The notes under the pieces are model-generated. The model was not told the origin of the DNA. It worked only from the letters and a program-made list of their open reading frames with translations, and did not search any database. A DNA stretch of 64,000 bases from Gammaproteobacteria bacterium (GTDB taxonomy: Bacteria; Pseudomonadota; Gammaproteobacteria; Eutrophobiales; Eutrophobiaceae): the NCBI GenBank assembly GCA_965222155.1, contig CBDCTH010000012.1:3445456-3509455 (forward strand), given 5' to 3'. Positions 20,230 to 31,744 of the stretch are shown here, piece after piece (the first letter of the stretch is position 1; the number at the start of each line of letters is the position of its first letter). The position numbers and the translations under genes were made by a program.

Positions 20230-20744
20230 TTCTGGTGTATGGGCTGAATAGTGAGGTGGTGCATCCGATGTTGTATAACTGTCTCTTTCAAAAGATAACA
20301 AACAACTTAAGAGGAGTACACCACTACCCTGATTTGACGCACACTCTCATATAGTCCCAGGGGAGAGTGAAGATGGCAAGACAAATATACATTTGTCATT
20401 TTCGGGTCGACTGGAAAGTATAATCTGGCTTCAATCAGAGACGTATTTCGAAGCTGCATTATGACCACTCATGAGTGTGAAGCAGTGTGCAATATTGACC
20501 TCTATTTGTCTTATTGCCAATATAGGTTACAATTTGCTAATCAGATTATGATGCGTATTATACCTCAATCACTAATAATTGACACTTGAGTGCCCGCATC
20601 ACGGACAGGGTTATGAGTGAAGCCAGCAGATGCGGGACGAACAGTTCGAGTTTGAAATCAGCATTAAAACGTCACAGAAAATGGCTGTGCAGTCAGTACA
20701 ATCGGGTGTCTCATAACCGTGCCGCAGTATAAATTTATGGGCGA

Positions 20745-22328
20745 TTGATGAGTTATAGCTACTCAAGTTTGGACAAAAAGAACAGGAAATGGTTCATAAA
20801 TGACGATTCGAGGGGCACTCTTGCAAGCGTTTCTCTTGTTATAGGAAAGATCCGCGGATTACATCCATTCAAGATTTGCTTTGAGTATCCCATATCTGCA
20901 ATTGCAGGGGTCAACGGATCAGGTAAATCAACAATTTTAGCGATTGTGTCGTGTGCATTTCACAATCATCCTGGGGGATTTACGCCATCCCTTAGGAAGC
21001 AATCATATTATACGTTCAGGGATTTCTTTATCCAATCTGCAGACGAAACTCCCATTGAAGGTGTGGAGATCAGGTTCGGTATACGCAATAACAAATGGCG
21101 TGGCGGAAAGTCAGGTCTCAGATATCAAGTCAGAAGGAAGCGCAGTGGTGGGAGGTGGAACGATTACCACACTCGGGTAAAGCGAAACGTTATATATTTT
21201 GGTATTCAAAGGGTTGTCCCGCACTTTGAGCGGAGTGTTCATAAATCGTACCATTCACATTTCAAACCAGGTAGCCTGCCTTTAGAAACTCGAAAGAAAA
21301 TAGCCGATATTACTGGTCGTATTATCGGGAAAACTTATACTTATTTCGATAACTACGAGCATTCCAAATATTCACTTCCGCGAGTGGAGACTGCGGGAAT
21401 AAACTACTCTGGTTTCAATATGGGATCTGGAGAGAGTGCTGTTTTTGAGATTTTCACGGCAATTTTTCTGGCTGGACCTGGAACGCTCGTTGTCGTTGAT
21501 GAAATTGAACTTGGCCTTCACGAAGAAGCTCAACACCGACTTATAGATGAGTTCAAGAAACTCTGTCTTGACTTAAAATGTCAAATTATTTGCTCGACAC
21601 ACTCACATGCTATTTTGAGCCGACTCCCCCCTGAAGGCCGTTTCTATATTGAGGAGGTAAATTCCAAAACATCGATCAACAAGGGGATTTCTGCTGATTT
21701 TGCATGTGGAAAAATGGGCCGACCACACGCTCAGGAGCTCGATATCTTTGTTGAAGATGCTGTTGCCAAGTCAATCCTTCAAAGCTTGCTGCCATTGGAC
21801 CTCAGAAAGCGCTCTCGAATAACGCCAATTGGTTCCCACGGTAGTGTATTGCGCCAACTCACTTCCCGTTATTTAGACGGCAAAGGAAATTGTCTGTGTA
21901 TATTGGATGGTGATCAGGAAAATGCCGCGGAAGCTTCTAAGAAGCTCGTTATTAAATACTCTGAAGCAAGCACAGACGCGAAAAAATCTGAGGTATCTGA
22001 TTGGGCCGAGAAGAGGATATCTTTCCTACCTGGGAGCACATGGCCAGAAAAATGGTTGTTGGAAAGTGCAATCAACTGGCTTCAAAGCGGTTCTCCTGAT
22101 GTTCCAACAGACATAGTCTGCCCTTGGGGACTGACCTCAAAACATGAATTATTGGGGTTTCTTGAGAAAGCGAACAACTCTGATAAACACAACGAGTTTT
22201 TTGAACTTGCCAAAGTAGTCGACCTGGATAAAGAGCGTGTTCGAGATGACATAATAAAGTTTGTGCTGAAGATCGAAGAGCCGAAAACACAGGTGCTTAT
22301 CGATAAGGTTAAGGAGATGCTGCCTTAG
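20745..22328 (+). CDS. OLD-like ATP-dependent nuclease (ABC ATPase plus TOPRIM)
   Basis: GVNGSGKS, MGSGE, VDEIELGLH, STHS; TOPRIM-type FVED and CILDGD. Confidence 0.75.
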   Translation: MMSYSYSSLDKKNRKWFINDDSRGTLASVSLVIGKIRGLHPFKICFEYPISAIAGVNGSGKSTILAIVSCAFHNHPGGFTPSLRKQSYYTFRDFFIQSADETPIEGVEIRFGIRNNKWRGGKSGLRYQVRRKRSGGRWNDYHTRVKRNVIYFGIQRVVPHFERSVHKSYHSHFKPGSLPLETRKKIADITGRIIGKTYTYFDNYEHSKYSLPRVETAGINYSGFNMGSGESAVFEIFTAIFLAGPGTLVVVDEIELGLHEEAQHRLIDEFKKLCLDLKCQIICSTHSHAILSRLPPEGRFYIEEVNSKTSINKGISADFACGKMGRPHAQELDIFVEDAVAKSILQSLLPLDLRKRSRITPIGSHGSVLRQLTSRYLDGKGNCLCILDGDQENAAEASKKLVIKYSEASTDAKKSEVSDWAEKRISFLPGSTWPEKWLLESAINWLQSGSPDVPTDIVCPWGLTSKHELLGFLEKANNSDKHNEFFELAKVVDLDKERVRDDIIKFVLKIEEPKTQVLIDKVKEMLP

Positions 22329-22384
22329 TGGTTGACTTATAAGTAAGTTTTTTTAAGGCGTTTCGGCGAGCTGTTTATGGTAAA

Positions 22385-22466
22385 AAAAGGGGACAGACTG
22401 GAAGAAAAGGAGACAGGTTTAAACCTGCTCCCTTTCCCTCCTTCCTGCAGAGTAAAAATAAATCTG
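22385..22466. repeat. Degenerate REP-like ends (AAAAGGGGACAGA ... AAAATAAATCTG)
   Basis: Motif similarity to the GGGGACAC ends elsewhere in the window. Confidence 0.35.
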
Positions 22467-22559
22467 CCTAGGTGCATCCGCCAAAAGTTGTTCAACGAAA
22501 GGCCGGTTGTCCGACTTTCTGGATGACGCGGCTGGTTCCTTTAATGCTCTGATATGTGT

Positions 22560-22814
22560 TCATATTTCAGGCTTTGCAACGTCGATTACGTAAATTGAGA
22601 TCTTGCGCTTCTCGTCTTCTGAGAGCGTGTCGAGCAAACGATTTTCGAGATCGGCAGCACTTTTTGGCCGGCGTCTCTCCCCGGGTGTTGATCGACAATG
22701 TTCCGTGTCTCCGAACCAGAATACGAGATAAATTCCATAACTATCTGCGCCCGGGTCCCGAGTGTATTTGGCAATCAACTGCGTTTTTATCGCACTCCAA
22801 AGATCGCGATGACA
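22560..22814 (-). pseudogene. 3' end of the IS21-interrupted gene (C-terminal endonuclease-like domain)
   Basis: CHRDLWSAIKTQLIAKYTRDPGADSYGIYLVFWFG continues VEVKRSCHR of 25396..26161. Confidence 0.75.
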
Positions 22815-22973
22815 TGCGTATTTCACGGCAAAGCTGCCTCCCATTACATCCGAAAGCTGCCACCTGTTACACGGCAAAGCTGCCACCCCTGACGGGGTAA
22901 AAATCCGGAGTGTTTGACGCGGATAACCACCGGTATCCTGTATCCTTTTTTCTGTTGAAAGGAGGAGACGCAA

Positions 22974-24515
22974 ATGCCTGCAAAGAGGTTATCCATGAGA
23001 AAGATAAAAGACGTTTTACGCTTGTGTTGGGGGCAGGGCCTGAGCAAACGCAAGGCCGCCAGAAGTTGCGGGGTCTCACGTCCGGCGGTCGATGAGTATC
23101 TGCGCCGGGCCGAGGCGGTCGGGCTGTGCTGGCCGTTGCCCGCGGGGCTGGATGATGGGGCGCTGGAGCGCCTGCTGTTTCCGCCCCCACCGGTCTTGCC
23201 GGCCGGGGAACGCGGCGTGCCCGATTGGTCTCACATCCACCAGGAGTTGAAACGAAAAGGCGTCACCTTGTTTCTGTTGTGGCAGGAATATCGCCAGCGC
23301 CATCCTCACGGTTATCAGTACACCTGGTTCTGCCAGCATTATCGAACGTGGTGCGGCAAGCTGGACCTCGTCATGCGCCAGACCCACCGGGCCGGTGAGA
23401 AGCTGTTCGTGGATTATGCCGGCATGCGGGTTGCCATCATCGACCCATCGACCGGGGAGGTGCGTGAGGCGGAGGTCTTTGTGGCGGCGCTGGGCGCGTC
23501 CAACTACACCTATGCCGAGGCCACCTGGAGCCAGGGCCTGGAAGATTGGGTCGGTGCGCATGTGCGCTGTTTTGCGTACCTGGGTGGCGTGCCTGAGTTG
23601 GTGGTGCCTGATAATTTACGCGCCGGGGTCAGCAAGGCGCATCGCTATGAGCCGGACATCAACCCCACCTATCAGGACATGGCCACACATTACGGGGTCG
23701 CCATCCTGCCGGCGCGGGTGCGTCGCCCGCGTGACAAAGCGAAAGCAGAGGTCGCCGTACAGGTGGTGGAACGCTGGATTCTCGCCGCGCTGCGCCACCG
23801 TCAGTTCTTCTCACTGGCGGCCTTGAACCGTGCCATAGATGAACTGCTGGCGCAGCTCAACAATCGGCCCTTCAAGAAACTGCCGGGTACCCGGCGCGAG
23901 CAGTTCGAGCAACTGGACCGGCCGGCCCTGCAGCCCCTGCCCACCGAACCCTATGTGTATGCCGAGTGGAAACGGGTGCGCGTACACATCGACTATCACG
24001 TCGAGGTGCATGGTCACTACTACTCCGTGCCCCACGCGCTGGTCAAAAAGCAACTGGACGTGCGCATCACCCGCCATACCATTGAGTGTTTCCATCGTGG
24101 CCAGCGGGTCGCCAGCCATCGACGCGCATACCACAAGGCACGCCATACGACCGTCACGGCCCATATGCCCGAGGCACACCGTCAGGCCGGTGAGTGGTCC
24201 CCGCAACGCCTGGGACGCTGGGCGGCGAAGGTCGGGCCGGCCACAGAAACACGTATCCTCAGTGTGCTCTCTGCCCGCAAGCACCCCCAGCAAGCCTACC
24301 GTAGTTGCCTGGGGATTTTGCGCCTTGATAACAGCTATGGCAAAGACCGGCTGGAGGCCGCCTGCCAGCGCGTACTCACCCTGGGCAGCCACAGTTACAA
24401 GAGTATCGAATCCATCCTCCGCCACGGCCTGGACCGGCAACCTCTCGCCGAGCAGACCGAGGCGGCTTTGCCCGAGGACCACGATAACATCCGTGGCCCC
24501 GCCTATTACCACTGA
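22974..24515 (+). CDS. istA: IS21 transposase IstA
   Basis: [37 protein letters not shown]. Confidence 0.95.
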   Translation: MPAKRLSMRKIKDVLRLCWGQGLSKRKAARSCGVSRPAVDEYLRRAEAVGLCWPLPAGLDDGALERLLFPPPPVLPAGERGVPDWSHIHQELKRKGVTLFLLWQEYRQRHPHGYQYTWFCQHYRTWCGKLDLVMRQTHRAGEKLFVDYAGMRVAIIDPSTGEVREAEVFVAALGASNYTYAEATWSQGLEDWVGAHVRCFAYLGGVPELVVPDNLRAGVSKAHRYEPDINPTYQDMATHYGVAILPARVRRPRDKAKAEVAVQVVERWILAALRHRQFFSLAALNRAIDELLAQLNNRPFKKLPGTRREQFEQLDRPALQPLPTEPYVYAEWKRVRVHIDYHVEVHGHYYSVPHALVKKQLDVRITRHTIECFHRGQRVASHRRAYHKARHTTVTAHMPEAHRQAGEWSPQRLGRWAAKVGPATETRILSVLSARKHPQQAYRSCLGILRLDNSYGKDRLEAACQRVLTLGSHSYKSIESILRHGLDRQPLAEQTEAALPEDHDNIRGPAYYH

Positions 24516-24534
24516 CCGATAACAGGAGACTGCT

Positions 24535-25290
24535 ATGTTGACACATCCCACCCTGGATAAACTCCAGACACTGAAATGTACCGCTATGGCCACCGCCCTG
24601 ACCGAGCAGATGCGTATGCCGGCTATCGAGGAGTTGGCCTTCGAGGAACGCCTCGGTTTGCTGGTCGACCGGGAAATCACCGAGCGGGAAAACCGACGCC
24701 TCACCAGCCGGCTGCGCCGCGCCCGACTCAAGCATAATGCCGCCTTGGAGAATGTCGACTATCGCCATCCGCGGGGACTGGACAAAGCCCTGATACAGTC
24801 GCTGACCACCTGCCAGTGGGTCAGCGAACACCTCAATATCCGCATCACCGGCCCCACCGGCGTGGGCAAAACCTGGCTGGCCTGTGCCCTGGCACACAGC
24901 GCCTGCCGGCACGGCTACACAGCCCTGTACCTGCGCCTGCCCAGATTCCTGCAGGACAGGGCAATCGCTAAGGGGGATGGACGCTATCCCAAGCTCCTCA
25001 CCACCCTGGCGAAAACGCATGTCCTGATCCTCGATGACTGGGGTCTTGTCACATTGACCGCAGAGCACCGCCGTGACCTGCTGGAAATCCTGGAAGACCG
25101 CCACGGGCTACGCTCCACACTGGCTACCAGCCAGTTGCCGACCGAAAAATGGCACGACAGCATCGGCGACCCCACACTCGCCGATGCGATCCTTGACCGG
25201 CTGGTTCACAACGCTTACAAGCTCAATCTCAAGGGAGAATCCATGCGAAAACACAAAGAAAAGTTGACGTACACCACCCTGGCTGAGTAA
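24535..25290 (+). CDS. istB: IS21 ATPase IstB
   Basis: GPTGVGKT, LILDDWG, TLADAILDRL. Confidence 0.95.
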   Translation: MLTHPTLDKLQTLKCTAMATALTEQMRMPAIEELAFEERLGLLVDREITERENRRLTSRLRRARLKHNAALENVDYRHPRGLDKALIQSLTTCQWVSEHLNIRITGPTGVGKTWLACALAHSACRHGYTALYLRLPRFLQDRAIAKGDGRYPKLLTTLAKTHVLILDDWGLVTLTAEHRRDLLEILEDRHGLRSTLATSQLPTEKWHDSIGDPTLADAILDRLVHNAYKLNLKGESMRKHKEKLTYTTLAE

Positions 25291-25395
25291 TACTACCCAA
25301 AACCCGCGTCGCTCCGCTCCGATGGGTGGTAGCTTTGCCCCGTTCCGGGTGGCAGCTTTCACGTGTGATGGGCGGCAGGATTCAGTGAATTACGC

Positions 25396-26161
25396 GATGA
25401 CAGCTTCTCTTAACCTCCACCGGAGCGTTGAAACTACCGTAACATACGTGAATGTCTGACCGTTTGTCGTTGGCGTAACGACCCTCCGGTTGGGCGTCGA
25501 TACCCAATTGCTTTAACCTGTCTTGTAAAGCTGATAACAGTGCATCCCGGCACGCGTCTTCCGGTTTCGGGTTCTGTGGTCGATTGTAAGAGTCTACGTT
25601 CCAATACTGGCGCCAGTCGGATGTGTTTCCATAGCGGATGTTTTTTGATATTACGCGTAAATATTCAAACGTCAGCGCGGCGAGGTCGTTAGCGTTCGCA
25701 GGATTGCGATTATCGAGTACCTCAAGCACCTGCTCGACCTCGGGATGCTGAAATTCGACTTCACGTCGCGTGATGTTCTGTTGATATTTGGCATCGTTGA
25801 GATAGGACCGCCAAGGGAGCAGCTCATCGTCGGACGACAGCGTTTCGAGAGCATCGGTAGCGGCCCGGGTTGGGACGGATGCCAGTTGATTGATGAATCT
25901 CCGAATGTGGTCCGGCGCTGTCATGGCCGCTGTCACAGTAATGTCTTCTTCCGAAGTGGAATCAAGAGAATAAGGTCTGCAGGAAGGACCGATCAGCCGG
26001 ACCAGAAGTTGCAGTATCGGAACAGTCAGGCGTTCGATGACCCCTTGGGTTTGGACCGCCGCCAAGCATCGAAGTCGGCGTTCATTACCGGCTGTATAGG
26101 ATGCCAGCCTTTCGAGATACGAGTCCGGCGAAGCAAGAAGACCGGCGGGAGTTTGGGACAC
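25396..26161 (-). pseudogene. C-terminal part of a larger protein with a restriction-endonuclease-like domain; 5' truncated and IS21-interrupted
   Basis: PKPEDACRD...PEGRYANDKRSDI...VEVK motif; no convincing N-terminus; begins at an AGTGTCCC motif. Confidence 0.65.
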
Positions 26162-26207
26162 TCATAAAATAGCGAATTCATGCCACTGAGTCTTATCGCC
26201 AGACCGA

Positions 26208-26537
26208 CTAATTAATCTTGCAAAGGATCCTTATATGATTGCCTTTCATTTCTGCCTGGTATTTCGGAGGATCCCGGAAGGGCCATGGGCAATCGCCCCG
26301 CTTTTTCATCCAATTACCGATGCTTTGGCTACGAATTTCCGAGCATGTGCGCCAGAATGATGGGCTTAGTTCGATATTCAGGGGCTGCACTTCACCGTTG
26401 CAGAGAGGCAGTTCGAGGACAACTTCACTCAGCCCTTTGAACAGTTTATTACGATCCATTAGCTTTACTCCGAACCCCAATGCTCCTGGTGCCTCCCTTG
26501 TTCCCGATTTCCAACCAGTCAATTCTATAATCGTCAT
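26208..26537 (-). CDS. Small hypothetical protein
   Basis: Open frame with SPSFWRTCSEIRSQSIGNW; function unknown. Confidence 0.5.
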   Translation of the reverse strand: MTIIELTGWKSGTREAPGALGFGVKLMDRNKLFKGLSEVVLELPLCNGEVQPLNIELSPSFWRTCSEIRSQSIGNWMKKRGDCPWPFRDPPKYQAEMKGNHIRILCKIN

Positions 26538-26851
26538 GTTCATCCACTCAGTGTTTTTGGATATAGAAAGTATAAACCCCGTTATTCTCGCAAATCCATA
26601 CTCATTTTTTGTCAGCCTTTCCCTCTTCTTCACTGGAAGCTGATATAAGTTTGTCCAATATGTATTGCACCCGGACAATGTATTGACTGTTTTATGAAGC
26701 ATGTTATAAGATCAGGACAACTATTTGAGCTTGTGCAAGGGTAGTATATCCGATGGGTGAAGATTGGCATTTACCTGTATCGGAGCAGAAAAAAGCCTCA
26801 TTAGACGGCTGATATCAACGGACCAACGGGATTTTTGCAGGAGGAATTGAA

Positions 26852-27781
26852 ATGGCCAAACGTATAAGTATTATCAACTTCAAAGGTGGGGTTGGTAAAA
26901 CCACCCTTGCATATCACCTCGGCACTGGACTGGCAAAGTATCATAATGCCAGAGTACTGCTGATAGACGTGGACCACCAAAGCAGTTTATCCATTGTTTG
27001 CTTAAAGGCTGATAAATGGCAAAAAGCAGTCGATGAAAAATGTACGATTAATGAGGTCTTTCAACCGTTTGTTGGCCAATCATCTGGCCCACCCGGTGAT
27101 GAAATTATTCTCAGAGAGCCAATCAGGAATAGGGGCTATAACAGCATGGACCTCGTTCCTGCCAGCCTGCAACTTGATGATACCGAAATTGAACTGACGG
27201 CTTCACATCAGGGTAACGCTATCCACTCGGAATGGAACAAGAGAACTCTTATATGTCGTTGGATTGAAGATGTCGGAATTAATGATGAATACGATTATAT
27301 TATTTTCGATTGTCCACCCGCGACGAAAATCGTTTCCCAGAACGCCATTGCAGCTAGCCATGGTTATATCATTCCCGTTGTTCCGGAAGCAGTGATGGAG
27401 CGTGGAGCACCCCATCTGTACGAAATGGTACGGACTGGCATTGATACCCGATTGAATGCGCTAGCTGCAATGGGAGAACCAAGAAAGATGTACGTGTCCG
27501 AGACTAAACTTGTCGGGTTGGTAATCACTCGAATACAGACTGCTGGGGGCTACTCTGGATATACCAATGATCACACTCAGCATCTCGATTCGCTGAAAAG
27601 GCGTTGGAAAAATATGTTGGTAAAACCCTATATTGTTCAGGGAACAGGTCTGTCTCAGGCCTTGGCAGATGGCGTTCCGGTTTATGATCGGAGTTCGACC
27701 CAGAACGTAGGTGGGCGAGGAATTCATAAACAGTTTGAGAAACTGACAACCGAACTTAAACAGAGGGTTGACAGCCTATGA
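26852..27781 (+). CDS. Orphan ParA/Soj-family ATPase, copy A
   Basis: NFKGGVGKTT deviant Walker A, IDVDHQ, FDCPP; GGAGG RBS. Confidence 0.88.
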   Translation: MAKRISIINFKGGVGKTTLAYHLGTGLAKYHNARVLLIDVDHQSSLSIVCLKADKWQKAVDEKCTINEVFQPFVGQSSGPPGDEIILREPIRNRGYNSMDLVPASLQLDDTEIELTASHQGNAIHSEWNKRTLICRWIEDVGINDEYDYIIFDCPPATKIVSQNAIAASHGYIIPVVPEAVMERGAPHLYEMVRTGIDTRLNALAAMGEPRKMYVSETKLVGLVITRIQTAGGYSGYTNDHTQHLDSLKRRWKNMLVKPYIVQGTGLSQALADGVPVYDRSSTQNVGGRGIHKQFEKLTTELKQRVDSL

Positions 27782-28296
27782 ATGACGAACAGCAGAATTC
27801 GGTTAGAGAACCTGATCCCAATGCCCAGGCAAATTATTTGCTGGTTGACGATATCGTTCGATACTTATCGCGCCTGGCGAACCTGTACAGTGAAGCAAAA
27901 ACAGGCAACTCGGAATTAAGTGATGGGCTTCGACAGTTGGTCAATGCCTTACGGCCTTATTCAAACCGCCCTGTTCCTGATCTTGCCGATATTATCAGAG
28001 AGGCAACTCTACGGAGATTCCGTGAAACTTCCCCAAAGAAGATTAAAGCAATACTTCCATCTAATCTGGAATCTCTTCCGCCACAGGAGGTCGAAAAAAT
28101 ACTGGATGATGAAAACTACACAAAGGATCAGGTGATTAACCTCGGGGTCCAACGTTTTGGTATTTCCTCTGCGAAGCTCACACGCCTTGGCAAGAAAAAT
28201 GTACTGGAGTCAATACGTGCTGCGCTAAACCATGAAAAATCACTCGAAGTGATTTCCAAGGAAGCACAACGCGGAGGTGAAATGAGGTCATCTTAG
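27778..28296 (+). CDS. Hypothetical ParA-coupled protein A
   Basis: ATGA overlap with the ParA gene; helical, no ParB motif. Confidence 0.7.
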   Translation: MNDEQQNSVREPDPNAQANYLLVDDIVRYLSRLANLYSEAKTGNSELSDGLRQLVNALRPYSNRPVPDLADIIREATLRRFRETSPKKIKAILPSNLESLPPQEVEKILDDENYTKDQVINLGVQRFGISSAKLTRLGKKNVLESIRAALNHEKSLEVISKEAQRGGEMRSS

Positions 28297-28317
28297 GCAG
28301 TATAATTCTGAATATAG

Positions 28318-28395
28318 GTTGTTGACGCCGCACAATCAGGAACAGCGACGTTGTTCGAGGCTCTTAATTAGCACCCTCGGATTTTTATTCCTCAG
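28318..28395 (+). pseudogene. Sulfotransferase 5' fragment
   Basis: VVDAAQSGTATLFEALN*HPRIFIPQ matches VVGAAQSGTTTLFEILREHPRIFMPQ of 61025..61939; cut at a RAYT-remnant end. Confidence 0.7.
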
Positions 28396-28411
28396 GAAAT
28401 TCAGAAATTCA

Positions 28412-28569
28412 GGGGACACAATACTTAATTATCCTGCCGTTGTTTTGGCCTTGGTTTTTTCTTTTTCAGCGACCGGCCCAACACCCCCTCAATCCTGCCA
28501 ATAAATCCCTCATCCCCCAAGGGTCTGCCCGTACGCGCATGGGTATTCCAGAATTAAGTATTGTGTCCC
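28412..28569 (-). mobile_element. Internally deleted RAYT (Y1 tyrosine transposase) element keeping the C-terminus
   Basis: Inverted ends GGGGACACAATACTTAATT / AATTAAGTATTGTGTCCC; minus strand HARTGRPLGDEGFIGRIEGVLGRSLKKKKPRPK. Confidence 0.75.
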
Positions 28570-28572
28570 TAG

Positions 28573-30213
28573 CCCGGATATCTCACCAATAATTGGAAAA
28601 GGGTCTCAATCTCTGGTATAATGTGAGTGTTGTCAGTAACTTACATAAAAGCGGAGACGAGACCCTATGACGACACAGTGTACTTCAACCCAACTGGCAT
28701 TTCAATCGTTTGGTCGCCGTAACGTGGTGGGGCGATTTGACGGCGGTCGGCTGACCTCAGACGCTGGCGGCCTGCTGTTACGCGCAGTGGACCAGCAGCT
28801 CGACGTGTTGCCTCGGCTGGCGTCGTGTTTCCTTGGCCCTCGGTGTGCGGGGATGATTGCTCACTCGGTGGCTGAGTTGCTGGCGCAACGCATGTATGCG
28901 CTGGCCTTGGGCTATGAGGCTATCAATGACCATGATGCGTTGCGTGCGGACAGTTTGTTGGCGCGGTTGGTGGGCAAGCCGGCCCTGACCGGGGCACAAC
29001 GCCGCCGGGTGCGTGACCGGCGTTATCCGTTGGCGGGGTCAAGCACCTTGAACCGGTTGGCGTTGGGGACACCGGCGCACGCGCCCGGTCATCGTTACCA
29101 GAAGGTCGTGGCGCTCCCTGAGGAGTTGGACCGGTTGTTGGTCGACGGGTGCCTGGAAGCGCAGCCACATCCGCCGCCGGTGTTGTGGCTGGATTTGGAT
29201 GCGACCGATGACCCGTTGCACGGTCATCAGGAGGGCCGGTTCGTTCACGGCTACTATAAGTCATACTGTTATCTGCCCTTATATATTTTCTGCGGGGCGC
29301 TTCGGGCTTTTGCCGGGAGGAGATAATGGGGGGGTGCGAGGCCACTGGCGTGGGTTACCTGCTGGGCCTGGCGCGCACTCTGCGCGTGGCGGGGTTGATT
29401 GACAAGGCCTTGCGCAAGTCCCGGCGCCGTTACCTGCAAACCGGGACGGCGTCCCGGCGGTTTCGTGAGTTGCGTTATCGCACCCGACAACGTTGGACGC
29501 GCAGCCGGCGGGTGGTGGCCAAGGCGGAGTACCTGGCCAAGGGCGCCAACCCGCGTTTCGTGGTCACCAACCTGGCTACACAGACCGCTGGCGCCCAGTC
29601 CTTGTATGAGGCCCTGTACTGTGCCCGGGGTGACATGGAAAACCGCATCAAGGAGCAGCAACTGGGGCTGTTTGCCGACCGCACCAGCACGGCGACGCTA
29701 CGCGCCAACCAGTTACGCCTGTATTTATCCTCATTTGCCTACCTGTTGATGCACGGCCTGCGACGCCTGGGACGGGCCGGGACACGCTGGGCCAGGGCGC
29801 AAGGTACCACCCTCCGGGCCAAGCTGTTGAAGTTGGCCGCCGCCGTGCGCATAACTGCACGCAAGGTGTGGGTCTCCTTCGCCGCCGGCTACCCGTATCA
29901 GAACGAGTTCGCCGCCGTGCTGGCCCATCTTCAGCAGGGCCCGGCCCGGGCGCCCCCCGGATAGACCGCCGGCCCGGGCCGGCCCGACTGTATGCGGCGC
30001 TGACAACCGCGTCGGCGACCACACTTGTCCTGATGACCATACCGGGCCGGACACACCGGGTCAACACCCGGTTGAACACGGGGTTTCCCGGTTCAACGGC
30101 TCACCCAGCCGCCCGGGCGCAAGTCAGCTGGCCTTGACACTACCCCGAAAGGAGTAAATCGCCGGAATTGAGCCTGTTTGACACCTCATAGTAAGATCGG
30201 TGAGATATCCGGG
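28573..30213 (+). mobile_element. IS1380-family element with frameshifted and deleted transposase (28667..29964)
   Basis: TIR CCCGGATATCTCACC, CTAG on both sides; FDGGRLTSDAG, LDLDATDDPLHGHQEG, YCARGDMENRIKE motifs. Confidence 0.9.
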
Positions 30214-30319
30214 CTAGCGGTGTTTCTCCTGGTACGTCTGCCGCTGTTTCCTGCTCCGTCACCCCGGCAACGTCTACGTCGTTATTCCCAAACAACCCCG
30301 GATATTCCTGCCAGCCCCA

Positions 30320-31334
30320 CTAGGCGCCCACACCCAGCAAGACCACTATGACCACTGTTAGCGCCACACTCGACCAATGTATTCCGGTACGGTCTGTTGT
30401 CGTGCCCTCTGCAGGCTGGACTGCGGGCTTACGTACAGACTTTGTTGGACGACTGCCCCCGGTCAACGCCTGACGCCATGCTGCCACACTCTGCGGCCGG
30501 TCATGTTCGTTCACTTCCATCGCCCAGTCTATGGCTTCCAGCAGCTTGGGACTGTATCTGCCCTTGCCTGCCTCTATGGCAGGGAGTAATACTGCTTCTC
30601 CCCTTGTATGCGCCAGCATCCTTGCCACCGCATCCGGTAATTCACTGTCTCCCAGCCCGCTGATACACCGGTACGCCACCATCCCCAAGGCATAAATGTC
30701 CGTCCAGGCGCCGACTCGGTCTACCTTGCCGTCATACTGCTCCACCGGCGCATACCCCGGGGTTAATATGCTGGTAATCGGCTTGGAACGCTGCCCCACC
30801 GCCTGACGGGCAGCGCCGAAGTCCAATACCACAGCACTCCCGTCATCTTCCCGCAACATCAGGTTGCCCGGCTTGATGTCCCGATGCACGTAACCGGCCT
30901 CGTGCATGACTGCCAAGCCCGATAACACTTCCTCCAGTAGACGACTTAAGGATTCTTCCTCTAGGCAGGGCTCTTTACTTAATCGGGCAGCCAGGGTCTC
31001 TCCATGAACGTACTCCAGCACCATGTACGCCGTGCCGTTGGACTCGAAGAAACGATAGACCCGGTTCAGGTGGGTATGGACAAACCGGGCCAGGGTGCGG
31101 GCCTCATCCAGGAACCGGGTCAACCCCCAGTGGTAGTCCTGGGCATCCGTGTTAGATTTGGGTACTACCGTGCTGGCTTCCGTGCGCGCGGCAAACTCTC
31201 CGGGCAAGTACTCCTTGATGGCCACGAACTTGTCCAGGTGGGCGTCATAGGCCCGGGGTCCCCAGCACCGCATCCAGCCGGTATTCCTCAAAGCGGGTGC
31301 CGGGCGGCAGGGCATGGATATGGTCTATGGGCAT
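30320..31334 (-). pseudogene. Eukaryote-like Ser/Thr protein kinase with Gly-loop deletion/frameshift and premature stop after the TM
   Basis: VAIKEYLP, HRDIKPGN, DFG, TPGYAPVEQY; N-terminus MPIDHIHALPPGTRFEEYRLDAVLG lies in another frame. Confidence 0.8.
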
Positions 31335-31744
31335 AGGCGGCTGCAAGTCCCCGGCTGCAGTGGATGAGTGATTCTGATTGTAGGACAGCCCTTGAGACAG
31401 AGTCAATGCGGAGGATGTCCTGATGGCAATGCACCAGTCGTTTAATTGAGAAGCAGCCGGCAAAGTGCCACCGACTAAGTTTGAAAAATGTACTATAATT
31501 AGTTTGACAGGTCATGCAAAGCGGCATGACTCAAACTAACGGGGCTCCAGAATTCCTGGGGCGGTTCAGAAAGCCGCTATATTTTAATACTACCAGCACA
31601 ATAGGCGGAAAACTGCATTTCATGGCCTCGCTGAAATTGATAAAATACATGATTAGTGCTTTAACCACCCCGGTAAGTGTCTGGCCATCCTTGGCGTGCT
31701 TGCGCCTTGTCAGTAAAACGTCATTTTTCCACACCGCTTTTACA

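Larger units (their letters stand above)
22815..25395 (+). mobile_element. Complete IS21-family element
   Basis: Ends TGCGTATTTCACGG / GCGTAATTCACTG with reiterated AAAGCTGCC motifs; GATGACA target duplication at 22808..22814 and 25396..25402. Confidence 0.92.
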
